From the NCBI RefSeq assembly GCF_009914755.1, contig NC_060931.1: a stretch of DNA of 64,000 nt, one strand, 5' to 3'. Below, piece by piece: positions 1 through 13,649 of this stretch (position 1 is its first letter; every line of letters starts with the position of its first letter). Under the pieces are notes generated by a model. The model searched no databases. It saw only the letters and a program-made list of their open reading frames with translations, and had not been told where the DNA came from. Origin of the DNA: the human T2T-CHM13v2.0 reference genome, Homo sapiens. A program made the position numbers and the translations under genes.

Positions 1-802
1 CTTCGCAACCTCAGCATATAATTCTTTTCTTCCCTTGTTAAGTTGAGGACTTTTATCTTTTCCCCTTTTTTTCTGAGATGGAGTTTTGTGCTCGTCACCC
101 AGGCTGGAGTGCAGTTTCGTGGTCGGCTCAATGCAACCTCCGCCCTCCTGGGTTCAAGCAATTCTCCCGCCTCAGCCTCCTGAGTAGCTGGGATTACAGG
201 TGCCCGCCACCACGCCGGGCTAATTTTTTTTTTTTTTGTATTTTTAGTAGAGAGGGGCTTTCACCATATTGGCCAGGGTGGTCTCGAACTCCTGACCTCA
301 GGTGATCTACCCGCCTCGGCCTCCCAAAGTGCTGGGATTACAGGTGTGAGCCACCGTGCCCAGCTAACGTTTTCTATTAAAGGAAGCACTTTATGGCTTC
401 TTTTTGAGAAGCCATCTGAACTGGCTGCATCTGAATTATCTGAATTGCCAGCATCACCACTCTCATGCTTTGGGGCCATTGATAAGTAAAATAGGGGCTA
501 CTTAAACACAAGCACTGCAGTACTGATTTTCAGGCAGTGGATCTGATATCTGAGCCGCTCCTAAGTGACTAAGGGGCCTGTAGGATCTACAGCGTGGATA
601 CGCTGCACAAAGGGAGGACTCACTTCCTGTGCCGGGTGGAGGGGACCGTGCCAGATTCCATCACACTACCCAGAATGGCGTACCATTTAAAACTTGTGAA
701 TTGCTTATTTCTGGCATTTTCCATTTAATATTATGGAACTGAGGTTGACTGCAGGAAACTGAAACCGTGGAAAATGAAACCTCAGATAAGGGGGGACTAC
801 GG
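1..802 (-). mobile_element. MER44/Tigger7 (TcMar-Tigger) DNA transposon relic, split by an Alu, running off the window start
   Basis: Reverse complement of 740-800 reads GTAGTCCCCCCTTATCTGAGGTTTCATTTTCCACGG, the MER44 terminal repeat. Minus ORF 261-479 ([14 protein letters not shown]...KRSHKVLPL) resembles the Tigger7 transposase N-terminus. Confidence 0.85.
66..365 (-). mobile_element. Alu (AluS-type)
   Basis: Poly-T followed by a complete dimeric antisense Alu ending CCACCGTGCCCAGC. Confidence 0.97.
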
Positions 803-1202
803 TGGTCTTCCCGTGGTGCCAGCAAAATGAGTCAAAGCAGTGAGGCTGGGGGTTTGGGGTGGTCATGCTGCCTCTCTTATCCATTACAGGCCCCTTCTCC
901 TGCCACGCTTGCAGGCTCCCGGGTCAGTGGGCAGCTCTCTGTCCCCTGCTTCAACCTGTCCTCCACCAAGGTGCCAGAAATATCTGAATAAGACCAAGAT
1001 CAAATCTTCATGGATGAATCTTCACTATCTCACATCTCCTTAAGGAGTCAGTTCCTTAGAATGGCATAAAAGTCCCTCAAGGATACAGCCCCTCCCTGCC
1101 CTTCCCACCGCGTCTTGCTCTGCTCCTGGCCACGGAGCCTGTACTCTCCCATGTCCTCATAAGACCCCATTTCTCAAGATCACTTGCATATGCTTCTGGT
1201 GA

Positions 1203-1592
<390 letters not shown>

Positions 1593-1690
1593 TGTGAGAC
1601 TTTTTCTAACCACTTTACTCCATTAAATGGAGCTTTTTCTATATTGTGCTGTATCCTTCACTAGATCACACACCTTCTAAGACACATCTT

Positions 1691-2152
1691 TTTTTTTTTT
1701 TAATTATACTTTATGTTCTTGGATACATGTGCAGAATGGGCAGGTTTGTTACATAGGTATACATATGCCATGGTGGTTTGCCACACCCATCAACCCATCA
1801 TCTACATTAGGTATTTCTTCTAATGCTTTCCCTCCTCTTGCCCCCCACCCCCCAGTAGGCCCCGGTGTGTGATGTTCCCCTCCCTGTGTCCATATGTTCT
1901 CATTGTTCCACTCCCACTTATGAGTGAGAACATGTGGTGTTTGGTTTTCTGTTAGTTTGCTGAGAATGATGGTTTCCAGCTTCATCCATGTCCCTGCAAA
2001 TGACATGAACTCATCCTTTTTATGGCTGCATAGTATTCCATGGTGTATATGTGCCACGTTTTCTTTATCTAGTATATCATTGATGAGCATTTGGGTTGGT
2101 TCCAAGTCTTTGCTATTGCGAATAGTGCTGCAATAAACATACTTTGTGTATG
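1691..2152 (-). mobile_element. 5'-truncated L1PA (L1PA7-like) 3' end
   Basis: L1PA 3'UTR and ORF2 C-terminus (SFAGTWMKLETIILSKL). Perfect TSD TAAGACACATCTT at 1678-1690 and 2153-2165. Confidence 0.95.
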
Positions 2153-2369
2153 TAAGACACATCTTAATGCTTAGCTTGTTCCTTGGCATTGAGTGGACAC
2201 TTAGTCAATTTTTTTTAATTAATGGAGGTTGGATTTAAGAGGTTAGATGAAGTATGGCCAGGACGTGTCTGATCCATATCTGAAGAATTGCTGAAGGGCA
2301 GCTCAGCTCAGAGCAGGCGGATTCCCATGCTTTCTATGGTTCTATTCTTTGATTCAGCAGAAGTTCCTG

Positions 2370-3040
2370 TAGGTAGCTGAAACTTCACCAGGTTCTTATG
2401 ACACCCTGTTTTTGTGACCATTCCTCGGTTATCTGGGCCAGACCCCTCAGTCAAAGGTAGCCCCCTTTCCTCAGGTGGCCACATGGCCAGCCTGGATCCC
2501 TGCTGCCGGGTCCTTCATGAAGTGATGGAATGCCCGCATTCACAAACCTGAAATCTCAGGACTGGGAACCAAGACCACCCTGTATGACATCATGACATAA
2601 CTATTTGTAGCAGGAAATTATTTTCCAAGAACATCAGTCTATACACCAACCAATAATTCAATGTTTGCCTTAGGAACTTCCTGTAAACCAATTTCTACGG
2701 GAAAAGAATTTGCTCATCTGGACAATAGCTATTCTCTCAAGTCTAGTCAGCAAACTACTCCTTTGCTTATCAAGGAGTAGTTTACTTATAAAGAAGGGCT
2801 TAAAATGCTCACCTTGCTGTGTTCCCCAATCCTAAATCATGAACAGCACTCATTTACAATCTGTCCTCCACCTTGAAAGACCCCTTGAGGCCAGTCTCCC
2901 AGACCCTGTCAAAATCCCTCTTCTCCTTCCAACACCTTTAAGACTCAGGCAAGCTGGTATTCTTCCCCACTGCTGTAGGTCTAATAAACTTCCCCTGACT
3001 TCATGCACAACTCATGCTGATGGTCTTTCTGCGGAGTGAG
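2370..3040 (+). mobile_element. Old ERVL-class solo LTR (MER74/MER54/MER73-like)
   Basis: LTR-like 3' part GGTATTCTTCCCCACTGCTGTAGGTCTAATAAACT...TGATGGTCTTT. Family and boundaries are uncertain. Confidence 0.45.
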
Positions 3041-3089
3041 CAGTGGATGTGGCTTTGACAAAGCCAGCATTATAGAGAAGGAAAGATTT

Positions 3090-3235
3090 TATTCAGGACA
3101 CTGGAGTCTGAAGCTCCTGTTTCTGCTGGGATTCCCTCTTGATCTCGGGGAAGTCACTTTCTCTCTTTGAACCTCAGTCTCATTCTATGAATAATGAGGG
3201 AAGTTGGAATAAACGGCCTTTCCCCTCCAGCTGTC
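3090..3235 (+). mobile_element. MIR fragment
   Basis: MIR core GGGAAGTCACTTTCTCTCTTTGAACCTCAGT. Confidence 0.65.
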
Positions 3236-3451
3236 TGTATGTTCTTCTGTCTGTATTGACCCTCTCTTGTTCCCTGGCTTTTTCTGAGGGGTACAAGCAA
3301 TAGCCAGTGCAGAGGGAAAGAAAAGTTACCTAATAGCTGTTACTAATTGCATCTATATTGGCTATTGTAAAGAGTTTCTCATATTTCTTAACATTTTGGA
3401 GGAATGAGACAGTTCATTTAAGAGATACAGAAGTAAATGAATAAAGCTTGC

Positions 3452-3803
3452 TGCTATGGTTTGAACACCTCTCCCAAAGTTCATATGTTGGAAACTCAAT
3501 CCCCATTGCAACAGTGTTGAGAGGTGGGACCTTTAAGAGGTGATTAGGTCATGAGGGCTTTGCCTTCATGAATGGATTAATGCCATTATTGTGGGAGTGG
3601 GCTCCTTATAAAAGGATGGGTTCCCTCTCTCACCATATGATGCCTTCTGTCATGTTTGTGATGCAGCAGAAAGGCCCTCGCTAGATGGGGCCCCTTGATC
3701 TTGGACTTCCCAGCCTCAGAACCATAAGCCAAGTAAACATATGTACATTATTAATTAACCAATCTATACTATTCTGTTATAGCAGCACAAAAACAAGCTG
3801 ACA
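3452..3803 (+). mobile_element. MaLR solo LTR (MST/MLT1A group)
   Basis: TGCTATGGTTTGAA...GACA termini, internal CTTGGACTTCCCAGCCTC, 5-bp TSD CTTGC/CTTAC. Confidence 0.9.
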
Positions 3804-3959
3804 CTTACTCTACTTCCAACATCTTTAAAAACATTATTCATTTATACTAACAACTCTCCCAAATTCTTTTACAAAAATATTCCTAACAATACAATTCTCT
3901 GCCTTCCGAAGCAGAGGATGTTGACTCTCTTTTTAAAGTATGTGGCAGAGAATGATGGA

Positions 3960-4340
3960 TACATTAAAGGAGATAAAGGAGTATTTTTAGCATGATCTGT
4001 AATGGTGAAATATCTGAAACATACTAAATTATCACATAGAGGGATCCATTAAGTACATCTTGCACATATATAAAAGTTAGAATCCATAATAGTCTACCAT
4101 GAAGCTCTGTGGCAGAAGAGTGAGAACAGAAAAAAAATGTTTATTACATGGTATATTCACACTACATGATCTCATTTCTACAAAAATATACAGAAAATTA
4201 CTGGAAAATTAGATAATATTTACTGTAGCTCTCCCTGGAGGTGATTCAAACGTTTTCTTTTTTGTGCTTCTCTGTATTTTGCAGATTTTCAGCAATGACA
4301 TTGTATTATTTTTATAATAAGAAATAAGGAAAAACATTAA
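3960..4340 (+). mobile_element. Ancient L1 (L1ME-like) 3' end
   Basis: Degenerate L1M 3'UTR ending TGTATTATTTTTATAATAAGAAATAAGGAAAAA. Confidence 0.45.
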
Positions 4341-4593
4341 AATTGAAAGCCATTGGCTTAAAATATGACAAAGTCAGCTAAGAGATGATTGAGTAAGGCA
4401 GGGTTCAGCACTTGGGTGCAATGGAATCTAAGGGGAACTGGAAACAAAGGCATTACCAAGATTCTAGCCCTGGGCTGCAGGAGGAAGAGCTGGTCTCAGA
4501 GCCGAACTGCTGCAAAACTCAGGAAGGCAAGGGTCTAGAGGCAGGAATAGGTACAAAAAGTTTTAATATTGTAGTGGAGGAAATACTTAAATT

Positions 4594-5008
<415 letters not shown>

Positions 5009-5639
5009 CTATGGGGCGGGATACTTCTGAGCAGCTCAGACAACACTGTGCTCCTGGGAATGAACTTTGACAATCACTTTTGTAATTGGATGTTTTCTGC
5101 ACTCTTGTTATTGTGCCATGTCTTCTCCATCTCTTCTTCCTGCATCTCTTTGCCTCATTTTTCAGTTATGCTCATGGATTATCTTGGTGTCTCTGAGTCC
5201 AAGGATCTTTGGGAATCTTATTTATTCATGCAATTACCTACCTGCTTGTCCAACTTTCTAAACTTACTCTTATGATAAAGAAAAACTCAGAAAGAGTTCC
5301 CAAGTCCCACCACTCCTGCCAACATTTTCACTCAATGCAACGTTTACAATGGGACCATTCACATTTATCACTGTGAAGTTATTTTATGAACACCATTGAC
5401 TATTGTTTAGCACATTTGCAGAGAAAAATATTTGGTCTCCTGGAAATGCTGTATTTCCTCCAAAACCACCTCAGTTATATTTCTACAGCTCTGCTTGTGA
5501 CATGATATGAACTTTCTAGGGAAGATAAGCAAGAAAAAATGAGTTTTCAGCTCTATGTTCATGAGCTTGTTTTCAGTGAAAACTATATAAGCTTTTAGAA
5601 ATACATTTATGATCACTAAAATAAAATGACACTGTAACC

Positions 5640-5856
5640 TAATTTTTATTGAGAGCTTGCTAAGTTCTAAGTACTTTGCAGATTATCTCATGCAACCCTC
5701 ACAAGTACTCACTGAAGTAGGAGCTGTTGTGTTCTCTGTTTCACACATGAAGAAGTGGAGGCATGAACTAGTAAATAACTTACATAAATTCACTTTGCTA
5801 GTAAATAATGCAATTAAGATTTGAACCCACGTTGTGTGCCATCAAAATCATGCTCT
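5640..5856 (-). mobile_element. MIR
   Basis: Antisense MIR: TTATTGAG...CCCTCACAA...GATTTGAACCCA. Confidence 0.7.
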
Positions 5857-8800
5857 TTTTAAAATTTTTATTTTTATTTTAAATTGTTGTGGGTACATAG
5901 TAGTTGTATGTATTTATTGGGTACATGAGATGTTTTGATACTGCCAGGCAATTTGAAATAAGCACATCATGGAAAACGGGGTATACATTCCCTCAAGCAT
6001 TTATTCTTTGGTTTGCAAACAGTCCAATTACGCTCTTCAAGTTATTTAAAAATGTACAATTAAGTTATTATTGTCTATAGTCATCCTGTTGTGCTATCAA
6101 ATAGTAGGTCTTATTCATTCTTCAACTATTTTTTTGTACCCATTAACCATCTCCACCTTGCCCACCAGAGCCCCCCACCCCCGCCACTACGCTGCTCAGC
6201 CTCTGGTCACCATTCTTCTACTCTCTATGTTCATGAGCTTGTTTTTATTTTTAGATCCCACAAATAAGTGAGAACATGTGATGTATGTCTTTTTGTGCTT
6301 GGCTAATTTGACTTAACATAATGTTCTCCAGTTCCATCCATATTGTTGCAAATGACAGTATCTCATTCATTTTTATGGCTGAATAATACTCTATTGCGTA
6401 TATGTACCATATTTTCTTTATCCATTCATCTGTTGATGAACACTTAGGTTGCTTCCAAATCTTGGCTATTGTAAACAGTGCTGCAACGAACATAGGAGTG
6501 CAAGTATCTCTTTGATATACTGATTTCCTTTCTTTTGGGCGTATACCAAGCAATGGGATTGCTGGATCATATGGTAGCTCTATTTGTAGTTTTTTTGAGG
6601 AGACTCCAACCTGTTCTCCATAGCGGGTTTACTAATTTACATTCCCACCAACACTGTACAAGAATTTCCTTTTCTCCACATCCTCGCCAGCATTTGTTAT
6701 TTCCTGTCTTTTGGATAAAAGCCATTTTAACTAGGGTGAGATGATATCTCACGGTAGTTTTGATTTGCATTTCTCTGATGATCAGTGATATTGAGCACTT
6801 TTTCATATGCCTGTTTGTCATTTGTATGTCTTCTTTTAAGGAATGTCTATTCACATCTTTTGCCCATTTTTGGATCAGATTATTAGATTTTTTCATTTAG
6901 AGTTGTTTGAGATCATTATATATTCTGGTTATGAATCCTTTGTCAGATGGGTAGTTTGCAAATATTTTCTCCATTCTGTGGGTTTTCTCCTCACTTTGTG
7001 GATTGTTTCCTTTGCTGTGCAGAAGCTTTTTAACTTGATGTGATATCATGTGTCCATTTTTGCTTTGGTTGCTTGTGCTTGTGGAGTATTGCTCAAGAAA
7101 TTTTTGCCCAGACAAATGTCCTGGAGATTTCCCCAATGTTTTCTTGTACTAGTTTTATAGCTTGAGGCCTTAAATTTAAGTATTTAATCTATTTTGGTTT
7201 GATTTTTGTATTTGGTGAGACATAGGGGTCTACATTCCTCTGCATATTGATATCCAGTTTTCCAAGCACCATTTATCGAAGAGACAGTCTTTTCCCCAGT
7301 GTATGTTCTTGGCACCTTTGTTGAAAATAAGTTCACTGTAGGTATGTGGGCTTGTTTCTGGGTTCTCTAATCTGTTCCCTTGGTTGATGTGTCTGTTTTT
7401 ATACCAGTGCCGTATTGTTTTGGTTACTGTAGCTCTGTAGTATAATTTGAAGTCAGGTAATGTGATTCCTCCAATTTTGTTCTTTTTGCTTAGGATAGCT
7501 TTGACTATTCTGGGCCTTTTCTGATTCCAAATAAACTTTAGGATTGTTTTTTCTATTTCTGTGAAGAATGACATTGGTATTTTGAAAGAGATTGCATTGA
7601 ATCTGTAGCTTGTTTGGGGTAATATGAACATTTTAACAATATTGATTCTTCCAATCCATGACCATGGGATATTTTTCCATTTTTCAGTGTCCTCTTCAGT
7701 TTATTTCATCAGTGTTTTATATTTTCATTATAGAGATTTTTCATTTCTTTGGTTAATTCCTAGGTCTTTAATTTTATGTGTGGCTATTGTAAATGGGATT
7801 ACTTTTTTATTTCTTTTTCATGTTGTGCACTGTTGGCATATAAATGCTACTGAATGTTGTATATTGATTTTGTATCTTGCAACTTTACTGAATTTACTTA
7901 TCAGTTCTAATAGTTTTCTTGTGGAGTCTTTAGATTGTTCCAAATATAAGATTATATCATCTGCAAACAAGGATAATTTGCCTTCTTCTTTCCAATTTGA
8001 ATGCCCTTTATATCTTTCTTTTTTATGATTGCTCTAGCCAGGACTTCTAGCACTATATTGAATAACAGTGGTGACAGTGGGCATCCTGTCATGTTCCAGA
8101 TCTTAGAGGAAAGGCTTTTGGTTTTACCCCATTCAGTATGATACTAGCTGTGGGTCTATTTTATATGGCTTTTATTGAGGTATGTTCCTTCTATCCCCAG
8201 TTTTTTGAGGGTTTTTTATCATGGAGGGATATCAAAGTCTATCAAATGCTTTTTCCACTTCAATTGAAATGATTATATGGTTTTCATCCTTCATTCTGTT
8301 GATATGATGTATCACATTGATTGATTTGCATATGTTGAACCATCCTTGCATCCCAGGGAAAAATCCCACTTGGTTATGATGAATGATCTTTCTAATGTAT
8401 TGTTGAATTCAGTTTGCTAGTATTTTGCTGAGGATTTTTGCATCCATATTCATCGAAGATATTGGCCTAGAGTTTTCTTTTTTTGATGTGTCTTTTTCTG
8501 GTTTGGGTAACAAGCCTCATAGAATGAGTTTGGAAGTATTCTCTCCTCCTCTATTTTTTGGAATAGTTTGGGTAGGATTGGTATTAGTTCTTGTTTAAAT
8601 GTTTGGTAGAATTTAACAGTGAAGCCATAGGGTCCCAGGCTTTTCTTTAGAGGGAGATATTTTATTACAGCTTCAAGCTCTGTACTAATTATTGGTCTGT
8701 TCATGTTTTGGATTTTTTCTTGGTTAGGTCTTGGTAGGTTTTATGTGTCTAGGAATTTGTGAATTTCTTCCAGATTTTTCCAATTTTTTGGCATGTAGTT

Positions 8801-9273
8801 GCTCATGGTAGCCACTAATCATCGTTTGGATTTCTGCAGTATCAGTTTTAATGTATCTTTTTTCATTTCTGATTTTATTTATTTGTATTTTTCTCTTTTT
8901 TTCTTAGTTAGTCTGGCTAAAGGTTTGTTAATTTTGTTTAACTTTTCAAAAAAGCAACATTTCGTTTTCTCCCTGTTTTATCATTTCATTTTCATTTATT
9001 TCTGCTCCAATCTTTATTATTTCTTTTTTTCTACTAATTTTGGGTTTGGTTTGCTCTTGCTTTTCTAGTTCTTTAAGATGCATCATTAGATTGTTTATTT
9101 GAGTTTTTTCTCTTTTTCGATGTAGGCACTTACAGTTATAAGCTTCTCTCTTAGTATTGCTTTTGCTTTATTCCATAGTTTTTGGCTTGTTGTGTTTCCA
9201 TTATTATATATTTCAAGAAATTTTTTCAATTTCCTCTTAATTTTTTCATTGACCCGCTTGTCATTCAGGAGGC

Positions 9274-9576
9274 TTTTTTTTTTTTTTTTTTTTTTTAAAC
9301 AGAGTCTTACTCTGTCACCCAGGTTGGAGTGCAGTGGCACCATCTAAGCTCACTGCAACCTCTACCTCCCGGGTTGAAGTGATTTTCACGTCTCAGCCTC
9401 CTGAGTAGCTGGAATTACAGGCATGCGCCACCACAACAGGCTAATTTTTGTATTTTAGTAGAGATGGGGTTTCACCATGTTGGCCAGGCTGGTCTCAAAC
9501 TCCTGACCACAGGTGATCCGCCCATCTCGGCCTCTCAAGGTTCTGGGATCACAGGTATGAGCCACTGCGCCTGGCC
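9274..9576 (-). mobile_element. Alu (AluS-type) inside L1 ORF2
   Basis: Complete antisense Alu with CAGGAG duplicated on both flanks. Confidence 0.97.
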
Positions 9577-10691
9577 CAGGAGCATATCATTTAATTTCCA
9601 TGTGTTTGTATTGTTTCCAAAATTCCTCTTTTATTAATTTCTAGTTTGTTCCATTGTGGTCAGAGAAGATGCTTGATATTATTTCAATTTTTTATGTTTT
9701 AAGACTTGCTTTTGAGCCTAACATATGGCCTATTCTTGAGAACGATCCATGTGCTTAGGAAAAGAATGTGTAGTTTACAGCTGTTGGATGAAATGTTCTG
9801 TAACTATATATTAGATCCATTTGTTCTGTAGTGCAGATTAAGTCTGATGCTTCTTTGTTGATTTTCTGTCTGGAAGATCTGTCTAATGCTGAAAGTGGGG
9901 TGTTGAAGTCTTCAACTATTATTGTATTGGGGCCTATCTCTCTCTTTAGCTTTAATAATATTTGCTTTATATATCTGGTGCTCTGGTTTTGGGTGCATAT
10001 ATACTTAAAATTGTTATATTCTTTTGCTCAGTTGACCCTTTATCATTATATGATGACCTTCTTTTTCTCTTTTAGTTTTTGTCTTGTAATATATTTTGTT
10101 GGATCTAAGTATAGTTACTCTTGCTCTTTTGGTTTCCTTTAGGCATGACATAGCTTTTTCTATCCTTTTATTTTCAGTCTATGTGTGTCTTTATAGGGTA
10201 AGCATATTTCTTGTAGGCAACAGGTACATGGGTCTTATTTTTTCATCCATTTAGCCAGTCTATGCCTTTTGAATGGAGAGTTTAATCAATATATATTCAA
10301 TGTTACTATTGATAAGTAAGGACTTACTCCTACCATTTTATTATTTGTTTTATGTTGTCTTGTGGTGACTTTTTCTTTATTCTTTCCTCCCTGTCTTCCT
10401 TTAGCAAAGGTGATTTTCTCTGGTGCCATGATTTAGTTTCTTGCTTTTTATTTTTTGTGTATACATTGTATGTTTTTTGGTTTGCGGTTGCCATGTGGTT
10501 TGCAAATACTGTTTTATAACCCATTATTTTAACCTGATAACAATGTCACACTGTTTGCACAAACAAACAAGCAAAAAGAAAACTAATAAAAACTCTACAT
10601 CTTCACTTTGTCCTCCTGCTTTTTAACTTTTTGTTTTTTTTTCATTTATATCTTATTGTACTATGTCTTGAAAATTGTAGTTATTATTTTT

Positions 10692-10762
10692 TTTCTTTTT
10701 TTATTATTATACTTTAAGTTTTAGGATACATGCGCACAATGTGCAGGTTAGTTACATATGTA
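10692..10762 (-). mobile_element. ~70-bp 3' tip of a young L1PA (L1PA2/PA3-like)
   Basis: TTATTATTATACTTTAAGTTTTAGGATACATGCGCACAATGTGCAGGTTAGTTACATATGTA. Absent from the equivalent site (~24320) of the second L1MA copy. Confidence 0.85.
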
Positions 10763-12974
10763 TATTTTTGACTCATTCATCATCTAGCCTTTCTGCTTAG
10801 GATAAGAGTAGTTTACACACCACAGTTACAGCATTACCATATTCTGTGTTTTTCTGTGTACTTACTATTATCTGTGGTTTTTGTATCTTCAGATGATTTT
10901 CTTATTGCTCATTAACATCCTTTTCTTTCTGATTGAAGTACTCCCCTTAGCATTTCTTGTAGGACAGGCCCGGTGTTGATGAAATTCCTCAGTTTTTGCT
11001 TCTCCGGGAAAGTCTTTATTTCTCTTTCATGTTTGAAGGATATATTTTTGCCAGATGTACTATAATATTCTAGGGTAAAAGCTTTTTCCTTCAGCACTTT
11101 AAATATGTCATGCCTCGGTCTCCTGGCCTGTAAGGTTTCCACTGAAAAGCCCACTGCTAGACATATTGGAGCTCCATTGTATGTTGTTTGTTTCTTTTCT
11201 CTTGCTGCTTTTAGGAGCCTTTCTTTATCCTTGACCTTTGGGATTTTGATTATTAAATATCTTGAGGTAGTCTTCTTTGGCTTAAATCTGTTTGATGTTT
11301 TATAACCTTCTTGTACTTGGATATTGATGTCTTTCTGTAGGTTTGGGAATTTCTCTGTTATCCCTTTCAATAAACTTTCTACCCCTATCTCTTTCTGTGT
11401 CTCCTCTTTGAGGCCAATAACTCTTAAATTTGCCATTTTGTGGCTATTTTATAGATCCCGTAGACATGCTTCATTGTTTTTAATTCTTTTTTCTTTTGTC
11501 TCCTTACTGTGTATATTCAAATAGCCTGTCTTCAAGGTCATTAATTCTTTCTTCTGTTTGATCAATTCTGCTAGTAAAGGAATCTGATGCATTCGTTGGT
11601 ATGCCAATTGCCTTCTTCAGCTCCAGAATTTTTGCTTTATTCCTTTTATTTCAATATCTTTGTTAAATATATCTCATAGAATTCTGAATTCCTTCTCTAT
11701 GTTATCTTGAATTTCTTTTGAGTTTTCTTAACACGGTGATTTTGAATTCTCTGAAAGGTCCCATGTCTCTGTTTCTTCAGGATTGGTCTCTGGTGCCTTA
11801 TATAATTTATTTATGGAGGTCATGTTTTCCTGGATGTTGTTAATGCTAGTAGATGTTCTTTGGTGTCTGGGCATTGAAGAGTTAGGTATTTCTTATAGTC
11901 TTCACAGTTTGGGCCTTTTTGTACCTATCCTTCTTGGGAGGTTTTCCAGATATTTGAAAGAACTTGAGTGTTGTGACCTAACATCTATCTGCTTTAGGGG
12001 AGCACCTCACACCCAGTAACACTGTGGTTGCAGACTTGTAGAGGTACTACCTTAATGGTCTTGGAGATCCTGGGGAACTCTCCAGGTTACCAGGCAGAGA
12101 CTCTTGTTCTCTTCCCTTACTTTCTCCCAAACAAACAGAGTTCCTCTCTCTTTTCTCTGAGCCACCTAAACCTGGGGCTTTAGTGACACAAGCACACCTG
12201 TAGCCACCACTGCTATGACTGTGCTGGGTCAGACCTGAAGCCAGCACTGGGTCTTGTCCAAGGTTTGCTGTAACCACTCCCTGGCTACTGCCTATGCTTA
12301 CTCAAGGCCCTGGGGCTGTACAATCAGCTGGTGGCAAAGCCATCCAGGTCTATGTCCTTCCTTTCAGGACAGTGAGGTCCCCCAGGCTCTGGGTCCTGAG
12401 GTGCCATCTAGGAGTCAGGGACTAGAGTCAAAAACCTTAGATGTCTACTTGGTGTTCTATTGTGCTGCAGCTAATGTGGTGCTCAAACCATAAGATGCAG
12501 TTCTTCCCACTCTTCTCTCCCCTTTCCAAAGGCAGAGGAGCCTCACCGCATAGCCACCACCACCCTAGGCCATGAGAAGTACTGCCAGATTACCACTGAT
12601 GTTCCCTTATGGCCCAAAGGCTCTTAAGTCAGCTTGTGGTGAATGCTGCTTGGCCTGGGACTCACCCTTCAGGGCAGTGGGCTTCCCTCTGGCCCAGGGA
12701 AAGTCCAGAAATGCCATCCAAGAGTCAAGTCATGGAATCAAGGACCGTAAAAGCCCACTTGGTGCTCTACCCACCCCTGGCCCTGCTGGTACCTAAGTTG
12801 TAAGATAAAGTCCCCTTTATTTTTCCCTCTGCTTTTCTTGAGTAGAAGGAGTTTTGCCCCATAGCCACCATAGCTGGTAATCTGCTGAGTCTCACCTGAA
12901 GCCAGCAAGTCTCAGAGGCTCACGTAAGTCCCTTGATGTAGTATCTGGGTACTGCTGCTGGTTATGTAATTTCC

Positions 12975-13150
12975 TGTTCAAGCTCTTCATAGGTATTATC
13001 TACTGAATCCTCAAAATAAACTTACACAGTTGAATACTATTATTATCCCCATTTTAGAAATAAGGAAACTGAGTTACAGTAAAGCAATAACTTGACTAAG
13101 GGCATATATCTAGGAAGTGGTTTCAGAACAGAGAGTGAACCCATGTGTTT
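12975..13150 (-). mobile_element. MIR
   Basis: Core TATTATTATCCCCATTTTAGAAATAAGGAAACTGAG. Confidence 0.8.
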
Positions 13151-13250
13151 AACAGTTTCCTCCTAAAGTATCACCACAGTGATGGTAAATTACTTTTTAA
13201 ATGCTATATACTTATGGTCCAAGAGTATGGGTGAGAAGGCAATAGTAGTA

Positions 13251-13643
<393 letters not shown>

Positions 13644-13649
13644 TAGCAG

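Larger units (their letters stand above)
5857..12965 (-). mobile_element. Near-full-length decayed L1 (L1MA1-like 3' end, ORF2, ORF1, partial 5'UTR)
   Basis: Collinear minus ORF fragments: ORF2 C-terminus 6251-6896, 7230-7631 ([11 protein letters not shown]), 8450-8704 (PGPYGFT-like), and ORF1 10912-11436. Many stops and frameshifts. Confidence 0.95.

Noticed and set aside
78-305. Alu-derived ORFs here and at 1248, 4664, 22051, 27721, 31465 and 48234
   Set aside because: These are standard translations of Alu sequence, not genes.
1691-2152. Segmental duplication of 45916-46370
   Set aside because: Same L1PA family, but each copy has its own TSD, private indels and unrelated flanks, so they are independent insertions.
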